The position numbers and the translations under genes were made by a program. DNA of 64,000 nt from Patescibacteria group bacterium. Its GTDB lineage: Bacteria; Patescibacteriota; Patescibacteriia; JBDRGY01. Shown one piece after another: positions 1-8,202 of this stretch. Position 1 is the first letter of the stretch. Each line of letters opens with the position of its first letter. Below the pieces are notes generated by a model. The model searched no databases and was not told the DNA's origin. It saw only the letters and a list, made by a program, of their open reading frames with translations. Where the stretch lies: positions 4,863 to 68,862 of the forward strand of contig JBDRGY010000016.1 in assembly GCA_043817315.1 (NCBI GenBank), in the 5' to 3' direction.

Positions 1-963
1 CGAGAACAGAGAAAAAGAATTGCCCAAGAAAGTCTAGAGGTATTTGCTCCCATTGCCGATCGCTTGGGCATGGGCCAAATCAGGGGAGAAATTGAGGATC
101 TGTCCTTTCAGTTTTCTCATCCTCAAGAATATCGCTGGGTCAAGAAGGTGGCTGACCAGCGAATTCAACAGCAGCTCCCCTATCTTAAAAAAATGCAAAA
201 GAAACTCAATCGCCTATTAAATAAAACCGACGTCCAGGTCAAAGATGTTCATCTAAGATCAAAACACTACTATTCTCTTTATCAAAAACTATTGAAGCAC
301 AATTCCAATATTGATCGTATTTATGACCTCAATGTAATTCGTCTAATCGTCGGCACTGAAAAACAATGCTACAACGCCCTGGGTGTAATTCATGACCTGT
401 GGCGACCACTTAAAGGCCATATCAAGGATTACATCGCCCAGCCCAAAGCCAACGGCTATCAGTCTTTACACACTACCGTCTTAACCAAAACTCAGATAGT
501 GGAATTCCAAATAAGAACGGATTCCATGCACCAACAAGCCGAGAAGGGCCTGGTCGCCTTGTTAACCAGTAAAAAAAGAAAAGTGGCAGAAAACTTGCCG
601 TTCATCAAAGAGATTAAAAAAATTCAGAAAGAATTTCGAGGAGGAAAAAGATATCTGGACATTTTAAAAACTGATGTTTTTCAGAGACACATTGTCATTT
701 TTACTCCACACGGGGACATTATTACATTGCCAGAGGAAGCAAGCCCTATTGACTTCGCCTACAAAATTCACACAGATATCGGCAACAAGTGCCAACAAGC
801 TAAAGTTAATGATAAAACTGTTCCACTGGGCACTAAATTAAAAAGCGGTGATGTAGTAGAAATCATCACCGACCCCCGTAAGAAGAAACCGGACAAGAAA
901 TGGTTAAAGTTGGCCAAGACTCAATACGCGCAACATCACATTAATCACGCCCTGACTAAATAA
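1..963 (+). CDS. RelA/SpoT-family (p)ppGpp synthetase. 5' end lies outside the window: the open frame runs from nt 1, and the HD-domain end, synthetase domain and TGS domain are present
   Basis: Frame 1 is open from nt 1 (REQRKRIAQESLEVFAPIADRLGMGQI...). Synthetase-domain signature YQSLHTTV. C-terminal TGS-like segment (HIVIFTPHGDIITLPEEASPIDFAYKIHTDIG...GDVVEIIT). Confidence 0.85.
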   Translation, partial: REQRKRIAQESLEVFAPIADRLGMGQIRGEIEDLSFQFSHPQEYRWVKKVADQRIQQQLPYLKKMQKKLNRLLNKTDVQVKDVHLRSKHYYSLYQKLLKHNSNIDRIYDLNVIRLIVGTEKQCYNALGVIHDLWRPLKGHIKDYIAQPKANGYQSLHTTVLTKTQIVEFQIRTDSMHQQAEKGLVALLTSKKRKVAENLPFIKEIKKIQKEFRGGKRYLDILKTDVFQRHIVIFTPHGDIITLPEEASPIDFAYKIHTDIGNKCQQAKVNDKTVPLGTKLKSGDVVEIITDPRKKKPDKKWLKLAKTQYAQHHINHALTK

Positions 964-975
964 TTTGTATTACCA

Positions 976-1003
976 GGAGACTAGATAGTCTCTGTTTTTA
1001 TTT
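976..1003. terminator. Bidirectional rho-independent terminator between convergent genes
   Basis: Perfect hairpin gagact-agat-agtctc followed by tgttttta ttt. On the other strand it is followed by an A/T run. Confidence 0.55.
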
Positions 1004-3077
1004 GAGCCAAATAATCCAAAACGGTTTGATTGCCGGGATCATAAAGCAGTATCGTCTCCAATTCACTGATAATCTTCTCCTTGAGAATAGTTCTCTGTTC
1101 ATCGCTGGCCGCTTGCCCCATCAGGTCATACACCTGAGCTAAAATAAATCGTGCTTCGATAAAGTCTTTTTTGATTTCAACGGCCTTGAGCAGGTCAGCC
1201 TCGGCCAGATCCAGATATTGGTTGATGGTCTTCTGCTGCTCCGGTAGCTCCATAAAGTCTAGAGCATAAACCAGATAGCTCTGTCCTGCTTCGTAATAGA
1301 CAAGGGGGTCATTGGGGCTTATTAATTTTATCTGATCATAATTAGCAAAAACAATTTTCTCAGTTTCAGTTACGTACTGCCTGAAGTCCCGATAAATTGC
1401 CGCTTTTTTCCTCAGGGCTCTGGCGCTGTCATTTTCCAATTCAACGCCCTTATTAACCGCGGCGGCTGCCAATATTATCAAATTATCAATATCGTTTATC
1501 CCTTGCTGGACATTCAACCCGGCGTCAACCAAATAGCTCTCGGCTAACCCGAAATAATTGTCTGACATAAAAGGGTTAAGCCTCGAGGCTTTGATAAAAT
1601 GGTCCTCGACAGTCTTAATATCGTCTAGATTACTAATTGATTCCTGGGCTTTGACCACATGGTACTCGGCCATATAAAAACGAACAGAAAAAACCATAAC
1701 CACTATGACGAATCCTATTCCCAGGGCAAAACTAATTCCGCTGATAACATCTTTCTTCTCCTTTTTTACCACAGAAGAATCGTCTCGCGCTACTACCAAA
1801 AACCGGACAGTGCCCAAGGCCAGCATTAGCCAGAAAATGAAAGACATTACAATATTATAGGAATAGACAAAACCCAACAGTAGCAAGCTAAAAAAAGTGA
1901 TAACGATAGCCATATCGATAATCCAGTCTAGAGAAGGTTTTTGGGAAATTATCCTTTTCAACCCCTTGCTCAAAAAGAGGTAAGCGATAGTTAGAATCAC
2001 CAGGAAATTGATTATGCCGGTTGTGGCCAAAAATTGGCTCCACTGGCTATTGGCCTTTACAAAGCTGAGATTCCAATAAGGATGGGCATTGAAAGAATCG
2101 GGCCTATGAGTAACCAGATCATAATGGAAGGTTTGAGGACCAGAACCGGATAAGAAACGGGACCTCAAGACACTGCCTGTTACTTTCCAGGAATTTCCTT
2201 GACCCAGTACTATGTCGTTTTCCAAATCGAGATTGGTATAGTTATTGACCGACAGAAAAATCATCAGGATAGAAATGATTATCAAGAAAGTCGGTAAAAT
2301 CACCCAGCCGCTGGCCAATTCTCGAGATTGCCAGGCTATAAATATCAAAAACAGGAAGAGACCGACTACCAAAGCAAACCAACCAACATAACTATCAAAT
2401 AAGATAAGCAGAACAAAGCTGGCCAGTGCTAAACAAGATAGTAATATTCTTGGCGTTTTTTTGAGGAACATAATAAATCCCAAGGCTATGGGGATTATTA
2501 GGGCCAGGAAGACTGCAAAAACCGAAACAGAATTAGCCACCAGGTTGAATGACCTGGATTGGGTGGCTATCTGAGAAAAAAGATGAACATCAAATAATTG
2601 TAGGGTGCTGAAAATAATGACCAGGCCTGCCGAGGCAAATAAACTGTAAAAAATCTTTAAAATATCCTGGCGTCGCCAATTGGTGTTGATAATCACAAAG
2701 TAAAAAGCCACTAAAAAAATGGTTGTAATCAAAGTGGCATCATAGTATCCCAAGAGACCAAAGAGGCTTACTCGCCAGTTCAAGGAAAAAATCGTGGATA
2801 TGATATAGAGCAGCAAAAAAGATAAGACTAAAATGTTAATCTTGTTCTTGGTGGTTTTATATCGTTTTTCTACCACCATTTGTAATAAGTAGGTGCCGCT
2901 GGCCACTGAGACAAAAAAATAAAGTAGTATTGTTTTGCTGATTTCGATAAGGTCTTGGGAAAAGGGCAGCAGGAAAACCGGTAGCAGGAAGACTGAGAAA
3001 TATACAGAAGTTTTAATTATTTTTTCATAAATTGATTCGGCTTCTTTCCAAAATTTGAGTTTGGCCAATAACTTCAT
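981..3077 (-). CDS. Polytopic membrane protein with C-terminal TPR-like repeats (O-antigen ligase/Wzy_C-like)
   Basis: 698 aa, more than 10 predicted TM helices, then a soluble helical-repeat C-terminus. No catalytic motif is confidently recognised. Confidence 0.4.
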   Translation of the reverse strand: MKLLAKLKFWKEAESIYEKIIKTSVYFSVFLLPVFLLPFSQDLIEISKTILLYFFVSVASGTYLLQMVVEKRYKTTKNKINILVLSFLLLYIISTIFSLNWRVSLFGLLGYYDATLITTIFLVAFYFVIINTNWRRQDILKIFYSLFASAGLVIIFSTLQLFDVHLFSQIATQSRSFNLVANSVSVFAVFLALIIPIALGFIMFLKKTPRILLSCLALASFVLLILFDSYVGWFALVVGLFLFLIFIAWQSRELASGWVILPTFLIIISILMIFLSVNNYTNLDLENDIVLGQGNSWKVTGSVLRSRFLSGSGPQTFHYDLVTHRPDSFNAHPYWNLSFVKANSQWSQFLATTGIINFLVILTIAYLFLSKGLKRIISQKPSLDWIIDMAIVITFFSLLLLGFVYSYNIVMSFIFWLMLALGTVRFLVVARDDSSVVKKEKKDVISGISFALGIGFVIVVMVFSVRFYMAEYHVVKAQESISNLDDIKTVEDHFIKASRLNPFMSDNYFGLAESYLVDAGLNVQQGINDIDNLIILAAAAVNKGVELENDSARALRKKAAIYRDFRQYVTETEKIVFANYDQIKLISPNDPLVYYEAGQSYLVYALDFMELPEQQKTINQYLDLAEADLLKAVEIKKDFIEARFILAQVYDLMGQAASDEQRTILKEKIISELETILLYDPGNQTVLDYLAQIKTETI

Positions 3078-3080
3078 GGT

Positions 3081-3935
3081 TTAAGTAATCTTATTAATTA
3101 ATTCTTGTAATTCCTCATTAGAATAAAATTCGATAATAATTTGTCCCTTATTCCCCTCTCTTTTTATTTCTACTTTAGTGCCCAATGCCTGACGTAGCTG
3201 ATCTATTTTTTCTTCCAGGGCCGGATCTCGTCCAGTCTCCTGTTTCCTGGTTGGCTTTTTGGTTTTTCTGGCTTGTTTTTCGGTTTCTCTGACAGTAAGT
3301 TTATCCGATAAGACTTTTCTGAGTAACTTAAGACGGTCTTCATCGCTGGCCAGTCCTAAAATAGCCTTGGCCTGACCTTCAGAAATTTTTTCTTCAGTGA
3401 TTGCCTGTTGAATTTTTTCGGGCAAGGTTAGCAATCTTAAGGTGTTACTAACTGCCACTCGGCTCTTGCCTACTTTTTTGGCTACTTGCTCTTGAGATAA
3501 GTTGAATTGGTCAACTAACTGTTGGTAGCCCTTAGCTTTTTCAATGGCGTTTAAATCTTTTCTTTGGATGTTCTCGATTAAGGCTAATTCTAATCTGTCT
3601 TGGTCATTGGCTTCTCGAATAATGACCGGCACCGTAGGTAATTCTAAAAACTTTGAGGCCTTTAAACGCCTCTCGCCAGCAATCAATTGATAACCGTTCT
3701 TGTCTTTGGTTACAATCAAGGGCTGGATAATACCATGTTCTTTGATGGAGTCAATCAACTCTTCAAGGCTGGCATGGTCAAAGTTATGTCGGGGTTGACT
3801 GGGGTTTGGTTTAACCTTATATACCTCAACCTGGATAATCCTTTCTTTGTCATCAGTAGAATCACTGGTGATATCTTCTGGGGATCCAGAAATCAGTGAT
3901 CCTAGCCCACGACCTAATCCTTTATATTTTGCCAT
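3081..3935 (-). CDS. parB: Chromosome partitioning protein ParB/Spo0J
   Basis: GLGRGLGSL N-terminal motif. ParB box IAGERRLKA and HTH region. Overlaps parA by 14 nt. Confidence 0.9.
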   Translation of the reverse strand: MAKYKGLGRGLGSLISGSPEDITSDSTDDKERIIQVEVYKVKPNPSQPRHNFDHASLEELIDSIKEHGIIQPLIVTKDKNGYQLIAGERRLKASKFLELPTVPVIIREANDQDRLELALIENIQRKDLNAIEKAKGYQQLVDQFNLSQEQVAKKVGKSRVAVSNTLRLLTLPEKIQQAITEEKISEGQAKAILGLASDEDRLKLLRKVLSDKLTVRETEKQARKTKKPTRKQETGRDPALEEKIDQLRQALGTKVEIKREGNKGQIIIEFYSNEELQELINKIT

Positions 3936-4698
3936 TGTCCGTTACCTCTATTAATTCTTTTGATAAACGTTCGTATGCTTTGGCCCCCTTGCATCTCTTG
4001 TCATACTCCAGAATGGTTAATCCATGAGAAGGGGCTTCGGCCAACTTAATATTACGAGGAATAACTGTCCTGAATATATTATTGGGGAAATATTTGTAAA
4101 TTTCCATCATTACTGCATCTGACAATCGCTGGCTGTAGTCATACATGGTTAATAGAGCTCCCATAATATATAAGTCTGGTCTGATATTCTGCTTGACCAA
4201 GTTAATGGTGTCCACCAATTGACCCAAACCCTCCAGGGCGTAATATTCACATTGAACAGGTATCAATACTGAGTCAGCGGCTACCAGGCTGTTGATAGTC
4301 AGCAAGCTCAAGGAAGGAGGACAATCAATAATAACATAATCGTAGCTGTTTCTCACCGAAGACATTTCTTCAGCCAAACGAAACTCCCTTCTGGGAATAT
4401 TGACCAATTCAACATTAGCTCCCGCCAAAGACAAAGTTGATGGTGCCAGCTGATAACGAGCCCTTTTAATGTCATAGATTACTTCATTAAACTGGACATC
4501 AGTTACTAGGGTTTCATAGACTCCCCGGGCTAAGGTCTTGTGAGCTATACCCACTCCAGATGAAGCATTGCCCTGAGGATCCATATCAACCAGCAAAACC
4601 ATCTTGCCGGCCTTGGCCAGATAAGCTCCCAGATTAACTGCGGTGGTTGTCTTGCCCACTCCGCCTTTTTGATTGACTACTGCGATGACTTGCGACAT
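3922..4698 (-). CDS. parA: ParA/Soj partition ATPase
   Basis: Deviant Walker A KGGVGKTTTAVNLGAYLA. Typical ParA length and motifs. Confidence 0.9.
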   Translation of the reverse strand: MSQVIAVVNQKGGVGKTTTAVNLGAYLAKAGKMVLLVDMDPQGNASSGVGIAHKTLARGVYETLVTDVQFNEVIYDIKRARYQLAPSTLSLAGANVELVNIPRREFRLAEEMSSVRNSYDYVIIDCPPSLSLLTINSLVAADSVLIPVQCEYYALEGLGQLVDTINLVKQNIRPDLYIMGALLTMYDYSQRLSDAVMMEIYKYFPNNIFRTVIPRNIKLAEAPSHGLTILEYDKRCKGAKAYERLSKELIEVTDNGKI

Positions 4699-4866
4699 AG
4701 ATTACAATTAATAAGTAAGCAAATTATAGCAAAAAATGTCTTGTTCTACAAATTGACTAAAGAGACTTTTTGCTTTAATATAGACGATACTTGCCGCGGT
4801 GGCCCCGCTAGACAGCGGGGTAAACTCCACTGGTAGACTTTATGGCATTTTTCTGCCCTTGCTCCT

Positions 4867-4950
4867 GCCGGGATGGCGGAACCGGTAGACGCGCACGACT
4901 CAAAATCGTGTGGGATTTATCCCATGAGAGTTCGAGTCTCTCTCCCGGCA
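4867..4950 (+). tRNA. tRNA-Leu (anticodon CAA), type II with long variable arm, CCA not encoded
   Basis: Acceptor gccggga/tcccggc. Anticodon stem cacga/tcgtg with loop ctCAAaa. Variable arm tgggatttatcccatgagag. T-arm gagag-ttcgagt-ctctc. Flanked by a 10-bp inverted repeat ctgcccttgc...gcaagggcag. Confidence 0.8.
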
Positions 4951-5010
4951 GAGGCAAGGGCAGACAACGTGCGCACGGCCTGCCCCGCTGGAGCGTAGCG
5001 GAAAGCGGGG

Positions 5011-5066
5011 ACTCAAAATCGTGTGGGATTTATCCCATGAGAGTTCGAGTCTCTCCCGCGGCACCA
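5011..5066 (+). repeat. Partial 3' duplicate of tRNA-Leu (anticodon loop through T-arm) ending in a different acceptor 3' strand plus encoded CCA. Not foldable as a complete tRNA
   Basis: 45-nt exact direct repeat of 4898..4942 (actcaaaatcgtgtgggatttatcccatgagagttcgagtctctc) followed by ccgcggcACCA. The upstream sequence (gggga) cannot form the anticodon stem. Confidence 0.55.
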
Positions 5067-5140
5067 CCCTTGCAGAAATTAATATTTTCTGTATACTATA
5101 GAGACATTACTTATCAAAGTACTTAAAAACTAACTACGTT

Positions 5141-5214
5141 GCGGGGTAGAGCAGTGGCAGCTCGTCAGGCTCATAACCTGAAGGTCGGCGGTTCGAATCC
5201 GCCCCCCGCTACCA
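5141..5214 (+). tRNA. tRNA-Met (anticodon CAU), possibly initiator-like, CCA encoded
   Basis: gcggggt...ctCATaa...ggcgg-ttcgaat-ccgcc...ccccgct-a-cca. Resembles bacterial tRNA-fMet in the acceptor/T arms. The 1:72 pair is weak. Confidence 0.8.
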
Positions 5215-5239
5215 AACTATAAACCCTTGAATATGACTC

Positions 5240-5315
5240 GCCAGGGTAGCTCAGTTGGTAGAGCAAAGGACTCATAAGCCTTAGGTCGCGGGTTCAAGTC
5301 CCGCCCCTGGTACCA
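5240..5315 (+). tRNA. tRNA with CAU anticodon (elongator Met or Ile2/lysidine), CCA encoded
   Basis: gccagggtagctcagttggtagagc...actCATaagcc...gcggg-ttcaagt-cccgc...ccctggt-a-cca. Confidence 0.75.
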
Positions 5316-5321
5316 AATATT

Positions 5322-5843
5322 ATGATGATAACTACCCATGCCCTAGCCGGCGTTTATATCAGTCAACAGGTCGGACACCCAGCTTGGGCTTTTTTTATTG
5401 GTTTTTTATCTCACTTCCTCCTGGACTTCATCCCCCACGGTGATGAGTACATTGCCGAATGGATTCACCAAAAGAATTTTAAAAGAAGGGCCTTTTTGAT
5501 TGTTTTTTCTGATGCTGCTGCCTTGTCTCTTTTTGTGGTTTTTCTGCTATATAAAATTGAACTGCCCCAGCTCTCTATTCTGCTGGCCGGAGTAATTGGT
5601 GCCATCCTGCCTGATATTTTTGACAACGTCATCGGCCCCCCCGGCTCCTATCTGCTTAGTAAACATAACTATAATAAAACCCTAAAAAAGAATAACCCGA
5701 TCAAATCATTCATTATTCGTCATAACATCTTTCATAGTGTTGTTCACAATCCCTTTAAGAAAAAAATGAACACCCGGGCTGGTATAGTAGTGCAATTGGG
5801 TTTAAGTGTTTTTCTGATTGTTCAAATAATCCTCGGGGCTTAA
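5322..5843 (+). CDS. Hypothetical polytopic membrane protein (possible membrane-bound metal-dependent hydrolase family)
   Basis: 173 aa, 4-5 TM helices, conserved His/Asp (HFLLDFIPHGDE). Starts 7 nt after the tRNA cluster. Confidence 0.45.
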   Translation: MMITTHALAGVYISQQVGHPAWAFFIGFLSHFLLDFIPHGDEYIAEWIHQKNFKRRAFLIVFSDAAALSLFVVFLLYKIELPQLSILLAGVIGAILPDIFDNVIGPPGSYLLSKHNYNKTLKKNNPIKSFIIRHNIFHSVVHNPFKKKMNTRAGIVVQLGLSVFLIVQIILGA

Positions 5844-5891
5844 ATCAATAAAAAAATTCCCCAAAGCATTGAGGGATTTTTTTATTGTGGA

Positions 5892-6080
5892 TTATTTTAA
5901 GCTAATGGCTCCCTCGGGACAGCTGTCTTTGGCGGCCTGGCAATCGCATTTACCCTCATCACATCCTTTAGGATCGGTCACTTTGGCCATGCCGTCTTCG
6001 TCAACTTTAAAAACCCCGGGACAAAGCGCCTCACAGGTACCACAGCCTACACACTTTTTTGTATCGATAATTGGTTTCAT
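5892..6080 (-). CDS. Small 4Fe-4S ferredoxin
   Basis: 62 aa with CVGCGTCEALCP cluster motif plus additional Cys. The antisense ORF 5869..6111 is discounted. Confidence 0.85.
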   Translation of the reverse strand: MKPIIDTKKCVGCGTCEALCPGVFKVDEDGMAKVTDPKGCDEGKCDCQAAKDSCPEGAISLK

Positions 6081-6085
6081 ATTTT

Positions 6086-6889
6086 TTATACAGCGATATT
6101 TTTTCTTTTAAATATTATTATTGATAAAGCTATTGATACGATGAAAACCGAAAGGAAGATGATAATAGATTGCACCGGCCACTCCCCGGTTCTTAAAATC
6201 TCCTGGGGATTGTAATAGTTGAAAAGACTTAGCCATTCAAAGTCTTTGATCTTATCGATAATTTCAGCCAAAGAATTGAGAACGTAAGAAACAATCAAAA
6301 AGGCAATGGCGATTAAATTGGCCCTGCCCCTTTCGTTAAAGATTACTGACAGCAAAAAGGCAATTCCTCCAAGGGCCAACATCAAAAGAATACCTTCTAC
6401 CGCCCAGATCCAATAGGAACCTTGATTTAAAGTAACATCTACCAAAGAAGCCGAGGCGAAAGTACCAAGTACCGTGATCAAAGTCATGGCCACCAGTATC
6501 AAGACCATGGATATTACTTTAGCTGATAGAAATTTGGTACGAGAAATCGGCTGCCATAAAATTAGCTCGAGAGTACCTCGTTCGTGTTCTTGGGCAATGG
6601 CGGCCGTGGCAAAAGAAATGGCCAAGCCCCCCACAATGAATACCCAGACAAAATTGTAATACTCCAGGCTCATAAATCCTTCGAAGGTCATAAATTCCAT
6701 CATGTCGCCGCCAAAAAAAGCCATTAGATTTTCCGGGTAAGCATCCATCAGTTCGACAAATTGGTCAGCGTTTTCTCTGATCGTCGGATAAAAGCTGCCG
6801 ATTAACATAGTATATCCGAAAATTACCAGAGCGAAAACAACGATACTGGTCCGGCGCAACTTGATAGTTTTTAGAATTACTGTCCACAT
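6086..6889 (-). CDS. ABC-2 type transporter permease
   Basis: 267 aa, 6 TM segments. Immediately downstream of and overlapping by 1 nt the ABC ATPase gene. Confidence 0.7.
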   Translation of the reverse strand: MWTVILKTIKLRRTSIVVFALVIFGYTMLIGSFYPTIRENADQFVELMDAYPENLMAFFGGDMMEFMTFEGFMSLEYYNFVWVFIVGGLAISFATAAIAQEHERGTLELILWQPISRTKFLSAKVISMVLILVAMTLITVLGTFASASLVDVTLNQGSYWIWAVEGILLMLALGGIAFLLSVIFNERGRANLIAIAFLIVSYVLNSLAEIIDKIKDFEWLSLFNYYNPQEILRTGEWPVQSIIIFLSVFIVSIALSIIIFKRKNIAV

Positions 6890-6890
6890 A

Positions 6891-7769
6891 CTATTTTTTA
6901 TAAAACTCCATGAAGAAATCTTCTAAAGAAGCCTGATTAAAAATCAGATCTTTGATCTTATATTTGGCAACGTGTTTTATTAAAGTATCAACTTCACCCT
7001 GAACCGTAATGCGAATATAATGATTGATTTTGTTTACCGAGACCACCTGGGATAATACCTGAAACTCTTGGGGATTAACCTGGTCTTCAAATAAAACGTC
7101 CAGATGGCGTACTGTTTTAGAGCGCAAGCCATCAATCGTTTCAATGGAAACTAAATTACCGTCTTTGACGATACCCACCCTGTCACAAACCCTGTCCACT
7201 TCTGGCAGAAAGTGGGAAGAAAGAAAAATTGTTCCTCCATTCTCTTTAAATTCCCGCAAGATCTTGTAGATTTCCTGCTGCATTAGTGGGTCCAGGCCCA
7301 CTGTTGGTTCATCTAACACTAAAAGTTTTGGCTGATGCATCAGGGCAATAATCACCGCCAGCTTCTGCTTGTTGCCCTTGGAGTAAGCCTTGATTTTACG
7401 GTCCGGATTGAAATCTAACCTCTCGATCAACTGGTCTTTAAGGGCAGATTCCTTTTTAGGATTCAACTTGTCAATATATTCTATTAGCTCCCCTCCTTTC
7501 ATTTTGTCATACAGATGGACATCTCCAGGAATCAGACTGACATCTTTCTTAATCTGGACTGACTTTTTTTGGGTATCCAAGCTAAATATTTTGGCTGAAC
7601 CATTAGTTGGCTTAAGTAGGCCCATTAGCAATCTAATGGTAGTTGTTTTACCAGACCCATTGGGGCCCAGAAAACCAAAAATTTCACCTTCATTGATTTG
7701 TAAGGTGAGATCATCAATACCTTTAATCTTGCCGTAATACTTTGATAAATTTTTTGTCTCTATAACCAT
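6891..7769 (-). CDS. ABC transporter ATP-binding protein
   Basis: Walker A GPNGSGKTTT. Signature-like YSKGNKQKL. Walker B LLVLDEPTVGLD. Confidence 0.9.
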   Translation of the reverse strand: MVIETKNLSKYYGKIKGIDDLTLQINEGEIFGFLGPNGSGKTTTIRLLMGLLKPTNGSAKIFSLDTQKKSVQIKKDVSLIPGDVHLYDKMKGGELIEYIDKLNPKKESALKDQLIERLDFNPDRKIKAYSKGNKQKLAVIIALMHQPKLLVLDEPTVGLDPLMQQEIYKILREFKENGGTIFLSSHFLPEVDRVCDRVGIVKDGNLVSIETIDGLRSKTVRHLDVLFEDQVNPQEFQVLSQVVSVNKINHYIRITVQGEVDTLIKHVAKYKIKDLIFNQASLEDFFMEFYKK

Positions 7770-7863
7770 CTCGCTATTAGATTATCAAAAAATATTTAAT
7801 CAGTCAAAGGCGACCAAAAAATAAATCTAGCCGAGACACCAGGGCTAGATTTATTTATAAAGT

Positions 7864-8052
7864 CTACTGTTGAACTGGTGAAGTACCTCCTTTTTTGGAA
7901 GTGGCAGCCATTATTAACCCGATTACTGCCAAGACTATTACTACGTAATTAAGCCAAGCTGGTACCATTAAATCTTCCCATAAGTCCAGGAGGCTGACAA
8001 TAGAAATTGCAATTAATACAACGAATATCAAAGCTGAATACCATTTTAACAT
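7864..8052 (-). CDS. Small two-TM membrane protein (hypothetical)
   Basis: 62 aa, two hydrophobic helices. No homolog recognised. Confidence 0.3.
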   Translation of the reverse strand: MLKWYSALIFVVLIAISIVSLLDLWEDLMVPAWLNYVVIVLAVIGLIMAATSKKGGTSPVQQ

Positions 8053-8202
8053 TCTATCACCTCCCTTCTTAAATCTTGTTCTTTATAATCTATGCTCATA
8101 TTATAACTTAATTTTTTAACAAAAGAAACCTCTAAAAACGTTAATGAAAACCAATAATTAGCCTTGTGATAATATCTTTGTGGACAAAAACTGCAAGTTA
8201 TT

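Noticed and set aside
4842-5126. 94-aa plus-strand ORF
   Set aside because: Lies entirely over the tRNA-Leu gene, its partial duplicate and hairpins. The composition is that of structured RNA, not coding.
5869-6111. 80-aa plus-strand ORF
   Set aside because: Antisense to a clean 4Fe-4S ferredoxin gene with canonical Cys motifs. Low-complexity translation.
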